Below, one piece after another: positions 8,992 to 19,141 of a stretch of DNA of 64,000 nucleotides. Within the stretch, counting starts at the first letter, position 1; every line of letters begins with the position of its first letter. Under the pieces are notes generated by a model. That model was not told the origin of the DNA and did no database searches. It was given only the letters and a program-made list of their open reading frames with translations. The DNA comes from Fibrobacteria bacterium (GTDB lineage: Bacteria; Fibrobacterota; Fibrobacteria; UBA11236), in NCBI GenBank assembly GCA_043732185.1, contig JAYTHY010000050.1, forward strand, positions 32,034 through 96,033, in the 5' to 3' direction. A program made the translations under genes and the position numbers.

Positions 8992-10812
8992 ATGTTTGCA
9001 CAAAAATTCAAAGAATCCTTTTTAAAAAGCCATTCCTTCTACTTTAAATTGGGGTGCCTTTGCGGCATCTTATCCGGATTCTCGCTTGCAACCCAAGCCG
9101 CGGTAACGCTTACCATCAACAATCACGATGCCGCTGGAAACCAGTTCAGTCGCTTTGATGTGGACGGCAATTCCCTGGATGCCCATGACGGAGGGCTCTA
9201 CCTGTTTGGCGATACGTACTACCTGTATGGCACCAGTTATAGTTGTGGCTATCAATACACGATCAATTCCACTTTTTGTGGGTTCAAAGTGTACAGCACC
9301 CAGGATCTGGTCCACTGGACCGACAAGGGTTTTGCTGTGCCTCCCACTTCATGCCAATACTGTTTTCGTCCCCATGTTATGTACAATACCACAAGCAAAC
9401 TCTATGTGATGTGGTCGGATGCCGGAGGTGCGTATCACGTTTATACCAGCCCCACACCCACCGGACCGTTTACCCGTAAGCCGGACCCTAAACTGACGGT
9501 TGGAGGAGCGGTGGATGAAGCCACCTTCCAGGATGAGGATGGCACTGGCTGGCTTATCCACAACAGCGTACTGCCCCCGGCTATTTGTTGCGATATGGTG
9601 GTTGAAAAATTGACCGCAGACTATTTGAACACAACGGGAGAATTCGTAAAACTGGGGCTCGGTGATGTCGAAGGCTTCGCCGTATTTAAACGTGATGGTG
9701 TTTTTCATGCAGTCATGTCCGATCCTAGCTGCGCCTACTGTGGAGGCGGAACCGGCGAAATGACCGCCACCTCCATGCTAGGCCCATGGGCCGGTGCCTG
9801 GTACGATCCTAATGGACTGCATCAAAGCGGGAATAAAGAACCGCGCATGCGCGCCCGTATCGTCAATCCCAATAGTTGTGGAGGACAACCTCTGGTGACC
9901 ATGCCCGTGCCGCAGCCCAATGGATCCACAGCCTATTATTTCATCTCCGATCGATGGAACAATCGTGCTCCCAATGAATCGATGGCAAACTTTTTTATTG
10001 GACCCATGTCCTTCAATGCCCAAGGAGTACTCGACAGCATCAAATGCGTAAGTTCCTTTGAAGCCTCTTTAGCCGTGGGTACTTTAGGTTCCTATAAAGC
10101 GTCCGCCGACCTCGATCAAACCAGTGGCTTTGAAGGTTTTCGGCACCATTGCGATATCAATGGCAACACCCAGCGGCAACAAAGCTTTAAGCCTTCGCGC
10201 TCCGGTAAGCTGACGGCCGCGACGTTAACCACCTTCCGATCCGGTACACCCACCGCGCCGCTCACCATTGACCTTTTGGATGCCGGTGGTGCAGTGCTCC
10301 ATACCACAAGCCTACCGGTTTCCGCCATTCCTTGGGCGCCACATGTCATCACCATAAATCCCAACGTGTCCGTGGTAGCAGGACAGACTTATTTTCTGCG
10401 TATGCATTCCTCCACTCCTGCAGGCGCGGCCTGTTACGGAATGGAATACAATCAAGCCAATGTCTATTCGGGTGGAAACGAAAGTTACAGCACCAATAAC
10501 GGCACCACATTCACCCAAGAAGCTTTGCGAGACCTCAAATTCACCGTGGACATCCCGGGCGCCACCGCCATTCGAGGCAATCCTACCCGACAAAATGGGG
10601 TAAGTCCGTTCCCGTCCTTGCGAGGCATCCTCGTCCTGATGGAAGATTTCCAAACTGTGACCGCACCCACCGGCATGACCGGATTCACCCTATTCAATTT
10701 AGCGGGCCAAAAAGTTTGGGAAAGCGGACCGCTGCATTCCGGAGTCACATTTACGTTACCCCAGGGACTGAAAAAAGGAGCCTGGCATTACAGGTGGACT
10801 GCCGACCTTTAA
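8992..10812 (+). CDS. Secreted glycoside hydrolase family 43 with accessory beta-sandwich and T9SS-like CTD
   Basis: DAHDGG, YYLYGT, YSTQDLVHW, RPHVMYN, FQDEDGTG, VEGFAVFKRDG; tail LFNLAGQKVW. Confidence 0.85.
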   Translation: MFAQKFKESFLKSHSFYFKLGCLCGILSGFSLATQAAVTLTINNHDAAGNQFSRFDVDGNSLDAHDGGLYLFGDTYYLYGTSYSCGYQYTINSTFCGFKVYSTQDLVHWTDKGFAVPPTSCQYCFRPHVMYNTTSKLYVMWSDAGGAYHVYTSPTPTGPFTRKPDPKLTVGGAVDEATFQDEDGTGWLIHNSVLPPAICCDMVVEKLTADYLNTTGEFVKLGLGDVEGFAVFKRDGVFHAVMSDPSCAYCGGGTGEMTATSMLGPWAGAWYDPNGLHQSGNKEPRMRARIVNPNSCGGQPLVTMPVPQPNGSTAYYFISDRWNNRAPNESMANFFIGPMSFNAQGVLDSIKCVSSFEASLAVGTLGSYKASADLDQTSGFEGFRHHCDINGNTQRQQSFKPSRSGKLTAATLTTFRSGTPTAPLTIDLLDAGGAVLHTTSLPVSAIPWAPHVITINPNVSVVAGQTYFLRMHSSTPAGAACYGMEYNQANVYSGGNESYSTNNGTTFTQEALRDLKFTVDIPGATAIRGNPTRQNGVSPFPSLRGILVLMEDFQTVTAPTGMTGFTLFNLAGQKVWESGPLHSGVTFTLPQGLKKGAWHYRWTADL

Positions 10813-11798
10813 TCCCGGGCCTTGGCGCCCAACCTATCCAATCCCATCGCACCGATGATGATGACTCCGACCACTATGTTCTGCATATAATTGGGTATTC
10901 CCGCCATATTGCAACCATTGCGCAAAACGGCCATCAGCAAGGCTCCAACCAAGGAACCGGCAGCCCGGCCCTCTCCACCGCGTAAGGAGCCTCCGCCAAT
11001 AACTACTGCGGCTATGATATCAAGCTCCATCCCCTCAGCGGCGGTGGGGTCACCGAGCGTCAAATTGGCGAATTGCATAATGCCGGCCATGCCCGCAAAC
11101 GCACCCCCGACTGCATAGATCCAGATGCGACGCCTAACCACGGGAATGCCGCAAAGCCTGGCGGTGGCCTCGTTGGAGCCCAGGGCATAGGTATGCCGCC
11201 CGAATACCGTATACCGTAACACAACAGATACTGCCACGGTCAGAGCCAGTAGTAGCCATACTCCAGGAGCCAAAACCAACCAGCCCGGAGTGGGATCGAT
11301 ATCCATCAGGTAATTAATCCAGGAAGCCGGTGCCATAACGGTTTGTTCTTTTGCCAGCCATTTGGCTCCACCCCTGAATATCTGCATGGTTCCCAAAGTC
11401 ACGATAAAAGGGACAATCCGGAGGCGCGCGGATAGCAGCCCATTGCATACTCCACCCAAAGCCCCAAGGGCAATGGCGGATGCACCGGCTATCCAAGGTA
11501 ACCACTGGGGTAACGGAACTGGAAAGCTACCCAAGAGCCGGGCAATCAATACGGTGGACAAGGCAATCAGGGAACCCACACTCAAATCAATGCCGCCGCT
11601 AATGATGACGAATGTCATGCCCAAGGAACCAATGCCGACGATGACGCTTTGCGTGAGGATGGTCTTGAGATTGTAGACGCTATGGAAAGCCGCCGGTCCA
11701 AGTCCCATGAACAGCATGAATGTCAACCACAATCCCAGGTAAGGAGCCACCACCCGAAAATTCCCGCGCACGGGCCGCCTCTTCAAGGTTCCACTCAT
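10809..11798 (-). CDS. Sugar ABC transporter permease (RbsC-like)
   Basis: GGIDLSVGS, PFIVTLGTM, FGRHTYALGSNEATARLCGI, ELDIIAAVVIGG; ATG 11798 overlaps the ATPase stop. Confidence 0.93.
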   Translation of the reverse strand: MSGTLKRRPVRGNFRVVAPYLGLWLTFMLFMGLGPAAFHSVYNLKTILTQSVIVGIGSLGMTFVIISGGIDLSVGSLIALSTVLIARLLGSFPVPLPQWLPWIAGASAIALGALGGVCNGLLSARLRIVPFIVTLGTMQIFRGGAKWLAKEQTVMAPASWINYLMDIDPTPGWLVLAPGVWLLLALTVAVSVVLRYTVFGRHTYALGSNEATARLCGIPVVRRRIWIYAVGGAFAGMAGIMQFANLTLGDPTAAEGMELDIIAAVVIGGGSLRGGEGRAAGSLVGALLMAVLRNGCNMAGIPNYMQNIVVGVIIIGAMGLDRLGAKARD

Positions 11799-13336
11799 GG
11801 CTGGACTCCCTGCGTGGCGTAAGCCATCACAGACGCTTCCGTCCAATCGTTCACGGGCTGTATGCCACTGAGCTCCCCCCGATGCATGACCGCCAAGGAA
11901 TCACAAACTCCAAACAATTCCGGAAGGTAGGACCCAACCCATATCACGGCCTTGCCTCGTTCTGCCCAGGCGGAAATGAGACTGTAGATTTCCGCTTTGG
12001 AGGCTACGTCCACACCGCGGGTGGGTTCATCCAGAAGCCAGACTTCCGTTTCCCCCAATAGCAATCGGCTCAAAGCGACTTTTTGCTGATTGCCTCCGGA
12101 TAGAGTGCCCACCGGCTGGTCGACTTCATAAAACTTAACTTTCATCTGCTGACACAGCTGCGCGACCCGCTTTCCCTCCGCGCCAAACCGAATCAATCCC
12201 ATCCGGTTCGTTTGGGTGTGCAAATCGGCCAAGGTAACATTGGCCCTGATGGACAAGTCCATTGCCAGGCCTTCTTCCTTCCTATTCTCACTTAAGAATC
12301 CGAGGCCCAATGCCATAGCTCTTTTTGGATTTAAGGTGCCGGCTCTAAACCGTCCATTGTTGGCAAGAGTCAATGTTCCAGACGTCGCGGCATGCAGCCC
12401 AACCAAGCTCCTAAGGAATGTACTGCGACCCGATCCCACCAATCCGGCAATGCCTAGAATCTGACCGCCGTGAATGGACAAGGTTACGGAAGGCGCACCT
12501 GCATGCACTTGCCAGGCTTCCAAGTCCAAAACCACGCTCCCGGATTTCCGCGTGGAGGCAGGGTAAATCTCGTTGACGGGCCTCCCCACCATGGCCTGAA
12601 TGATTTCATCCACTGGTGTGGAACCGGGTAACCCAGCGGATACGGTCTCCCCATCGCGGAGGATTGTGATTCTATCCGCGATTTTGGCTACCTCGTCCAA
12701 AAAATGGCTGATGTAAACAACCGAAACCCGCTTGGCCTTGAGCTTGCCGATTACGGTGAAAAGTTTTTCGGAATCTCGGGCGGTTAGGGAACTGGTGGGC
12801 TCGTCCATGAGTATCAACCGGCTGTCCAAAAACAAAGCTCTGGCGATTTCGACGATTTGACGCTCCGCAACCCCCAGGTTACCTACCCGTTCCTGGGGAT
12901 CGATTTCACCGAAGCCCAGCCACTCCAAAGTTTCCCGAACTTTTTCGGATGGATCGAGTACAAAACCAAAACGGGAAATTTCACGTCCTAAAGTGATATT
13001 CTCGGCTACAGTCAAATGGTCTGCCAGGGCCAGCTCCTGATGCACCAGAGAAACACCTAAGTTACCGGCCTCTCGAGGTGAACGGGGATGGTACCCGACT
13101 CCCAGGAATTCCATGGAACCGGCATCCGGAGCCAGCGCACCTCCGAGGATGGCCACCAAGGTGCTTTTACCAGCGCCGTTTTCGCCAATCAGGGCATGGA
13201 CCTCGCCTTGGGAAATATCCAGATCGACCCCGCGCAAAGCCTGTGCAACACCGAAGGCCTTTCGAATTCCCCGCAATCGCAACAGAGGTAACATTGGCAA
13301 CTGAGGCAACGGCAACGGCAGCGGAATATCGGCCAA
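11795..13336 (-). CDS. Sugar ABC transporter ATP-binding protein (RbsA-like, two ABC domains)
   Basis: GENGAGKST, LMDEPT, LSGGNQQKV, LLDEPTRGVD. Confidence 0.95.
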   Translation of the reverse strand: MADIPLPLPLPQLPMLPLLRLRGIRKAFGVAQALRGVDLDISQGEVHALIGENGAGKSTLVAILGGALAPDAGSMEFLGVGYHPRSPREAGNLGVSLVHQELALADHLTVAENITLGREISRFGFVLDPSEKVRETLEWLGFGEIDPQERVGNLGVAERQIVEIARALFLDSRLILMDEPTSSLTARDSEKLFTVIGKLKAKRVSVVYISHFLDEVAKIADRITILRDGETVSAGLPGSTPVDEIIQAMVGRPVNEIYPASTRKSGSVVLDLEAWQVHAGAPSVTLSIHGGQILGIAGLVGSGRSTFLRSLVGLHAATSGTLTLANNGRFRAGTLNPKRAMALGLGFLSENRKEEGLAMDLSIRANVTLADLHTQTNRMGLIRFGAEGKRVAQLCQQMKVKFYEVDQPVGTLSGGNQQKVALSRLLLGETEVWLLDEPTRGVDVASKAEIYSLISAWAERGKAVIWVGSYLPELFGVCDSLAVMHRGELSGIQPVNDWTEASVMAYATQGVQP

Positions 13337-14389
13337 TCATTCCCCCAGCCATTTCTTAAGGTCGGCATGGAGCAAGGCCACCACGTCCGGCTCTTCCAGG
13401 TTGGTGGCGAGAATCAAGCGGGCCCCGGTATCCAGCCGGGCGTCTACCTTTTCCCCGCGCTTGGCAGCCAATGCGGTTTTAACGCCCAGGTAACCCATGC
13501 GAAACGGGTCCTGCACTACCAAGCCGGCTACTTCTCCGGCCTTTAGCGCTTGGAGCAGCGGCTCAGTGGCGTCAAAACCCAACAAATGCACTTTGCCAGC
13601 CCGGCCCGCCACCTGCAATGCGCGCAGCATGCCAAAGGTGGTGGGAGCATTAGGCGTAAACACGCCTTCCACATCCAGAAACTTGTTCAACAAATTCTGC
13701 GAAGTCTTGAGGGCGGACTCGGCTGTTACTCCGGCATATTGATTCGAGGACACCACTTCAACCTTCGGCGCGTACTCTTTGAGACCCTCCAGAAAACCGT
13801 TTTCACGATTGCTGTTGCTGGCAGAACCTTCCAAATATCGCATGACCATCACCTTGCCGGTGGGCTCCTTTGCTTTCCCGGAAGCGGGCCCGCCGCGCGC
13901 CTGTAAAAGATCCGCCATCTGCCGGGCTGCCAGTTTTCCTGCAGCAAAGTTGTCCGTGGCCACGAAGCTGGAAAAAGATTTGGACTTGAGATCGGAATCA
14001 ATAATGACGACGGGTATTCCGCGTTTCACAGCGGCTTCCACCGGACGGGCCAATGCCGTCTCATCTAAAGGGGCAATGACGATAGCATCCAATCCCCGGC
14101 TGGTGAAATTCTGCACCACTTCGATTTGGCCTTTGCGATCGTCTTCTTTGGCCGGGCCTTGCCAGATGATGTCGGCGCCTTCCTCTTGACCGGCCTTCAT
14201 GGCTCCGGCATGCACCGTTTTCCAGAATTCATGCGTCGTGCCTTTGGGAATGACGGCAACCACTGGCCGAGTAGGTTTTCCAGAACCTGCCGCCTGGACC
14301 GAGCCGAGTAAAAACGAAGATATGAGGAACAATGCGTTAAAAACCGACTTCTTGATCAAAAAAATCCCCCTGAGAATGTTTAAGGTCAT
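13337..14389 (-). CDS. Sugar ABC transporter periplasmic binding protein (RbsB-like)
   Basis: Signal peptide; IPKGTTHEFW, VATDN, GFD, VVQDPFRMGY. Confidence 0.93.
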   Translation of the reverse strand: MTLNILRGIFLIKKSVFNALFLISSFLLGSVQAAGSGKPTRPVVAVIPKGTTHEFWKTVHAGAMKAGQEEGADIIWQGPAKEDDRKGQIEVVQNFTSRGLDAIVIAPLDETALARPVEAAVKRGIPVVIIDSDLKSKSFSSFVATDNFAAGKLAARQMADLLQARGGPASGKAKEPTGKVMVMRYLEGSASNSNRENGFLEGLKEYAPKVEVVSSNQYAGVTAESALKTSQNLLNKFLDVEGVFTPNAPTTFGMLRALQVAGRAGKVHLLGFDATEPLLQALKAGEVAGLVVQDPFRMGYLGVKTALAAKRGEKVDARLDTGARLILATNLEEPDVVALLHADLKKWLGE

Positions 14390-14418
14390 GGCCTCATGGC
14401 CTCATAGCCTCATGGTCT
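14387..14418. repeat. Four-copy 8-bp tandem repeat (CATGGCCT consensus) over the binding-protein start
   Basis: CATGGCCT CATGGCCT CATAGCCT CATGGTCT read directly. Confidence 0.85.
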
Positions 14419-14569
14419 AGAGGCCGGGCGGGTACCACCAATGCCCTATAAAGTTACAAATTTAGGCCATAAATGTGGGTAACGGGAAGGTCACCCTAGC
14501 CTTCCAAAACCCAATTTTACCCGGGCCAATGCAGGGGGAAAATCGGCCGGTTGGAGTTAGTTTTAGGCA

Positions 14570-16447
14570 GTGGTAACTACAGGAGGCTTCTGGATGCCGG
14601 ATTTTCTGCCTAGCCTAGCACAATGTGCGTGTCGCGCTTATCGCCGATTTTACCGTTTGGCCTTTTTATGTTTCGTTTTTGGATTTGGATTTGGAATTGG
14701 TTCAAGCACTAGCATTGCTCAACCACAGCAGATTCGCATCACCAATCCTGAGGCTGATTCCGTTTTGTTGGGCACTTACAATCCGGCCCGTTATGGCACA
14801 TCGGTTATGCCAAAAGATATCGGCGGGATTCTCAAAAACATGGCGACGGAGATTTCTCGGGATTCTCTCGAATCCTACCTAAAGCAAGTCGTAACCTTTT
14901 ATAACCGGAATACGGGATCCGATACACTTTCCAACACACGCGGCATGGGCGCAGCAAGGCGTTGGGCATTCAAAAAATTTCAGGACTTCAGCGCCAAAAA
15001 CAATGGCAGGATGCTTGTCACCTATCTTCAATTCAATCAGGCTGTTTGTGGAATGAATCAGCATCGCAATGTATTAGCCGTGTTACCGGGTCAAGACACC
15101 AAGAATCACGCCTTGGTCGTTGTGGAAGCACATTTGGATACGCGCTGCGAGACCGGCTGCGACATTACCTGCAAATCCGAAGGGGCCGATGACAATGGGG
15201 CCGGTGTCGCACTAGTGCTGGAAGCAGCGCGGGTGCTGAGCAAATACCAATTCCAACACACTTTGGTTTTTATGCTGACCACGGGTGAAGAGCAAGGGCT
15301 TTACGGTGGTGCGGCCATGGCCAAATATTCTAAGGACCATGGCATCAGCATCCGCTCGGTACAGAACAATGATGTGGTTGGCGGTATCGTCTGTGGTCCC
15401 ACCTCTTCCCCACCCGGCTGTCAAATACCCAATAGCATCGACAGCAACCATGTGCGCATTTTTTCCGCCGCCATAAACTTTTCTATGAACAAGGCTCTGG
15501 GCCGCTTTATCAAAGGCCAATACGAGCAATGGATTAAACCCACTGCCAAGGTTCCCATGGAAATTGTCCTAATGGATCCCATCGACCGCACCGGGCGCGG
15601 AGGGGATCATCAGCCCTTCAGCGATTTGGGATATGCGGCCATAAGGTTCACGGAGTCTTTTGAATACGGCAATGGCAACAGCAATCCCGAACAAGGACGA
15701 CAGCACACTGTCTTGGATGTCATCGGCAGAGATACCAATGGAGATGGTGTGTTTGACAGCCTTTTTGTGGATTACAATTATCTGCATCGGAATACCCTCA
15801 TCAATGCCGTGGGGTTGGTGGGCGCAGCCTCGGGTCCGCAAGCACCTGAATTCGATACTGCCACAGCAGCAAAAGGATATATTAGCATCAGCCTAAAAAC
15901 GGCTACTTCCCTACCCGGCATTTATAAAGTGGCAGTGCGGACAAATTCCAATGATTTTGCCGTGGTGTATACTGTGAGTGACACGGCATCCTTTATTTTG
16001 CCAAGCACCAAAACGGGAACAACTTATTATTTAGCCGTCGCCTCGGTAGATGCAGCCGGTGCGCAAAGTCTCTATTCACAGGAAAAAGCCATACTGGCCA
16101 AGGTGGATGGTCCACCCGTTTCTATTTCCGCTTTCCACCCCCATGATACTCATGGGCATACTGCCTGGCGGCTCTCTCCGACAAGTATTTTTATGGATCA
16201 CATTTCCTGGACTATTTTAGGAGATTCGAAAAAATCCGCGCGTTCACTGGTACTGTGCATTGCCGATGCCAAGGGCCGAACTCTACGGAGTCAAACCTTC
16301 CCCTTCCAGGGTGTGGGACAGATTCTAGAAGTAACCTTGTATTCCAAGACTATTCCTCCAGGTACCTACCAAGTTACCCTGCAGGCTGACGGGAAGTACG
16401 TCTCTGCACAGACATTGAATATTCCCAATCAAATCAAAATCCGCTAA
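14570..16447 (+). CDS. Secreted M28 family metallopeptidase with FN3-like region and T9SS-like CTD
   Basis: EAHLDTR, GADDNGAG, GEEQGLYG, NNDVVG, GGDHQPF; tail ADAKGR...GTYQVTL; start may be ATG 14594 or later. Confidence 0.88.
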   Translation: MVTTGGFWMPDFLPSLAQCACRAYRRFYRLAFLCFVFGFGFGIGSSTSIAQPQQIRITNPEADSVLLGTYNPARYGTSVMPKDIGGILKNMATEISRDSLESYLKQVVTFYNRNTGSDTLSNTRGMGAARRWAFKKFQDFSAKNNGRMLVTYLQFNQAVCGMNQHRNVLAVLPGQDTKNHALVVVEAHLDTRCETGCDITCKSEGADDNGAGVALVLEAARVLSKYQFQHTLVFMLTTGEEQGLYGGAAMAKYSKDHGISIRSVQNNDVVGGIVCGPTSSPPGCQIPNSIDSNHVRIFSAAINFSMNKALGRFIKGQYEQWIKPTAKVPMEIVLMDPIDRTGRGGDHQPFSDLGYAAIRFTESFEYGNGNSNPEQGRQHTVLDVIGRDTNGDGVFDSLFVDYNYLHRNTLINAVGLVGAASGPQAPEFDTATAAKGYISISLKTATSLPGIYKVAVRTNSNDFAVVYTVSDTASFILPSTKTGTTYYLAVASVDAAGAQSLYSQEKAILAKVDGPPVSISAFHPHDTHGHTAWRLSPTSIFMDHISWTILGDSKKSARSLVLCIADAKGRTLRSQTFPFQGVGQILEVTLYSKTIPPGTYQVTLQADGKYVSAQTLNIPNQIKIR

Positions 16448-16553
16448 AACCCACGGCCCTTACCCCAAGTAAATAAAAATACCCGGATCCAAGGATCCGT
16501 GCTAGAATATTTTGCCCGCCTGGCTAGGCTCTGGCTAGGCTGTAAGGAGAAAT

Positions 16554-19085
16554 ATGCGAATTCATTCCGAAAATATTTTCAATCGATCTCCGTCTATTAT
16601 TGGTCTTAGTGTGGTCCTTGTAGTTTCCAACCTACTCGCAGTGCCACCCGTTAATTTCGCTCGAGGAGCCTTCGGTATTCTCAACTGCGGATCCCAAGAA
16701 GGATTGACGCAATTGCCTGATGCCTATTTTGATTACCTCCAACGCATGAATATGCAATGGGTTGACATTGGCGTTACCTTGCAGGTGGACAATTCCGTGG
16801 ACAGCACCGTCGAGCGGTTTTATTCAACGGACTATGTGAATTACGTGCCTACTTTCCCGGATGCCAGCATCATCAAAATGGTTCAGCAACTCCATGCCCA
16901 TGGCTATAAAGTGCTCATCAACCTTTCCTTGGACGAGCCTTGGCCGGAAGACGGTTCAGTCAACCCCGCCCTTGTGCCCGGCAAAGCCGCCTGGCGTTAT
17001 CAAATTGGCGATCCCGCCACGCCAGTCGGTTACACGCTGGCAGAATGGCCCTGGAACCCAGCCAACACCAATCACACGGCTTTTGTAAAATCCTTTTGGG
17101 CCAGCTACACGCGTGAGGTCGTCCATTACGCCACCCTTTGTGAACAGGAAGGCGTGGAAGTTTTACAAGTCGGCGCTGAAACCCAGGAACTGTTTCGAAC
17201 CCGTGCCATCGGAACAAAAACCAATCACTTTCGCACTCAAATCCAAGCCTTGATGGACTCGACTCGCGCCCATTACACCGGTAACGTCGGCTACTATATG
17301 CATGCCGGTACTTGGAAAAAGGCCTATCACAATGTGGACACTCTGTACCATGAACTCTGGGGCGATGTGGGATTCGATGTCATTGGAGGCAGTATTTACG
17401 GCTTGGTAACCCCCAAAACCACGGTGGCCACCAACACCTTGGCCTACATGAAGAGCCAATTCACCACTATTTTTAGCACTTATTTTGGACCGGTCGTTCG
17501 CAAATACCCAACTAAAACCGTGGCCATTCTCGAATGTGGTATTCCTGTGTGGAACAAAACATCGGTTTTTGCGGAACCGGATGGAAGCGTACTCATGAAT
17601 CGGGAAGATTTGAATTCAAATGGCGTGATAGATGCGGAAGAAGTGCAGACAAATATGTTCGACGCCTATTACAGCGTGATCGACAGCTTAGGTTATCCTC
17701 AGCCGGGATTCATTTTCGGTGATGAAGCCTCTACCGATGCCATTGCACATCTAGGTTCCGCCTACCCTGGATATGGAGTACGAAATCGCAATGCCGAACT
17801 CAGCTTGATGCGCCGTTTTCGAAACGTCACTTTTACATCCGGACAAAATACAGTGCCGCGACTGCTCGCCAAAAGTGATTCCAACTATGTCGCCATCATA
17901 GGCCAGGACTTCTCAACCAAACCATTTAGCGCCGTCGATGATGATACAACCAAAGGGGATATCGTGCGCTATCGGACCCTCTGGTCCAACTACCCCTGGT
18001 TCGGCGCCGCGCCCTCGCGCGGGACCGTCACCGGCATCCCCCAAGACGATGACGCCGGCTGGTGGCAGGCTAAACTGTTCGCCCAGGATATTTATGGAAA
18101 AGGCACTGCCGACACAGCTAGTTTCATACTGTGGGCCATCCACCCCCGTTCCACCGAGGTTACCTCGGTCCCGCCCACCACCATGGTTCCCGGCCAGGCC
18201 GTAAATTACCAGGTCAAGGTTGTGGACGGCAGTGGCGTTCAAATTACCACAGGACTTACTTATACATTGTTGGTCAACCCGTTTTTCCTTTCCGTGAGCA
18301 GTACCGGGAAGGTTACGGGAATGCCTACATTTGCTGTAGCGGGAACAACGCGGGCGGCAGAAGTGAAAATCACCAAAACCACAGCCCCCACGGCAGTGTA
18401 TTACGATTCCTGGCAAATCCGAGTGGAAAACACCAATGACCCACCCACCTGGGGAGGCGACGGCAAATTGCTGGATCCTAAAAATGGCCAAACCTATCCT
18501 ACCACCACACCCATCCTATTCCGCGTCGGATACAGCAATGATCTCAATGACGACACCCTCTCCTATGTCTACCGAATTTTTGGACCCGGATACGATACCA
18601 CTTTCATCCGTAAATCCGGTGTCATCAGCCGTAACGGCTCACAAAAATGGGATACCACCAATATTCGCTTTTCCTTGAATCTGGCGGGACGCTTGACGCC
18701 AGGACAGACTTACTCCTGGTATGTCAAGGTTACGGATAAAAAGGATACCTTGACCTCTGAGACCTGGACATTCAAGGCCCAAGACGGTGCCACGCCGGTT
18801 CAGAGTTTTTCGGGGTTGCCAACTCGATATTCCCTCGGCCAGGCAAAGTTCAATCCGTACAGTCGGACTTTCACAATTCCCTTCGCTTTGCCAAAAGGCA
18901 GCCAAGTCAGCTTGAAATTATTTGATGGACTCGGAAATCAAGCCGGTGTGCTTTCCAAAGGATATCGGAAAGCTGGATATTATGGCCTAAGCTTTGATGC
19001 CAGCCCCTATCGCGGTCAGCTCTATTTCTATAAGATGGAAGCGGGCGGATTTTCAGCAGTTCGGAAAATGGTCCTGATCAGGTAG
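16554..19085 (+). CDS. Secreted TIM-barrel glycoside hydrolase (GH113-like) with Ig-like domains and T9SS type A CTD
   Basis: Signal peptide; LQVGAE (acid/base) and ILECG (nucleophile) positions, DVIGGSIY; Ig-like GTVTGIP/GKVTGMP; CTD ending LYFYKMEAGGFSAVRKMVLIR; AAGGAG RBS. Confidence 0.7.
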   Translation: MRIHSENIFNRSPSIIGLSVVLVVSNLLAVPPVNFARGAFGILNCGSQEGLTQLPDAYFDYLQRMNMQWVDIGVTLQVDNSVDSTVERFYSTDYVNYVPTFPDASIIKMVQQLHAHGYKVLINLSLDEPWPEDGSVNPALVPGKAAWRYQIGDPATPVGYTLAEWPWNPANTNHTAFVKSFWASYTREVVHYATLCEQEGVEVLQVGAETQELFRTRAIGTKTNHFRTQIQALMDSTRAHYTGNVGYYMHAGTWKKAYHNVDTLYHELWGDVGFDVIGGSIYGLVTPKTTVATNTLAYMKSQFTTIFSTYFGPVVRKYPTKTVAILECGIPVWNKTSVFAEPDGSVLMNREDLNSNGVIDAEEVQTNMFDAYYSVIDSLGYPQPGFIFGDEASTDAIAHLGSAYPGYGVRNRNAELSLMRRFRNVTFTSGQNTVPRLLAKSDSNYVAIIGQDFSTKPFSAVDDDTTKGDIVRYRTLWSNYPWFGAAPSRGTVTGIPQDDDAGWWQAKLFAQDIYGKGTADTASFILWAIHPRSTEVTSVPPTTMVPGQAVNYQVKVVDGSGVQITTGLTYTLLVNPFFLSVSSTGKVTGMPTFAVAGTTRAAEVKITKTTAPTAVYYDSWQIRVENTNDPPTWGGDGKLLDPKNGQTYPTTTPILFRVGYSNDLNDDTLSYVYRIFGPGYDTTFIRKSGVISRNGSQKWDTTNIRFSLNLAGRLTPGQTYSWYVKVTDKKDTLTSETWTFKAQDGATPVQSFSGLPTRYSLGQAKFNPYSRTFTIPFALPKGSQVSLKLFDGLGNQAGVLSKGYRKAGYYGLSFDASPYRGQLYFYKMEAGGFSAVRKMVLIR

Positions 19086-19141
19086 GACCATCTAGGCGGC
19101 TTGAACCGAGTCGGGGGGTTCGGCCCATTTAGAGGCTCTCT

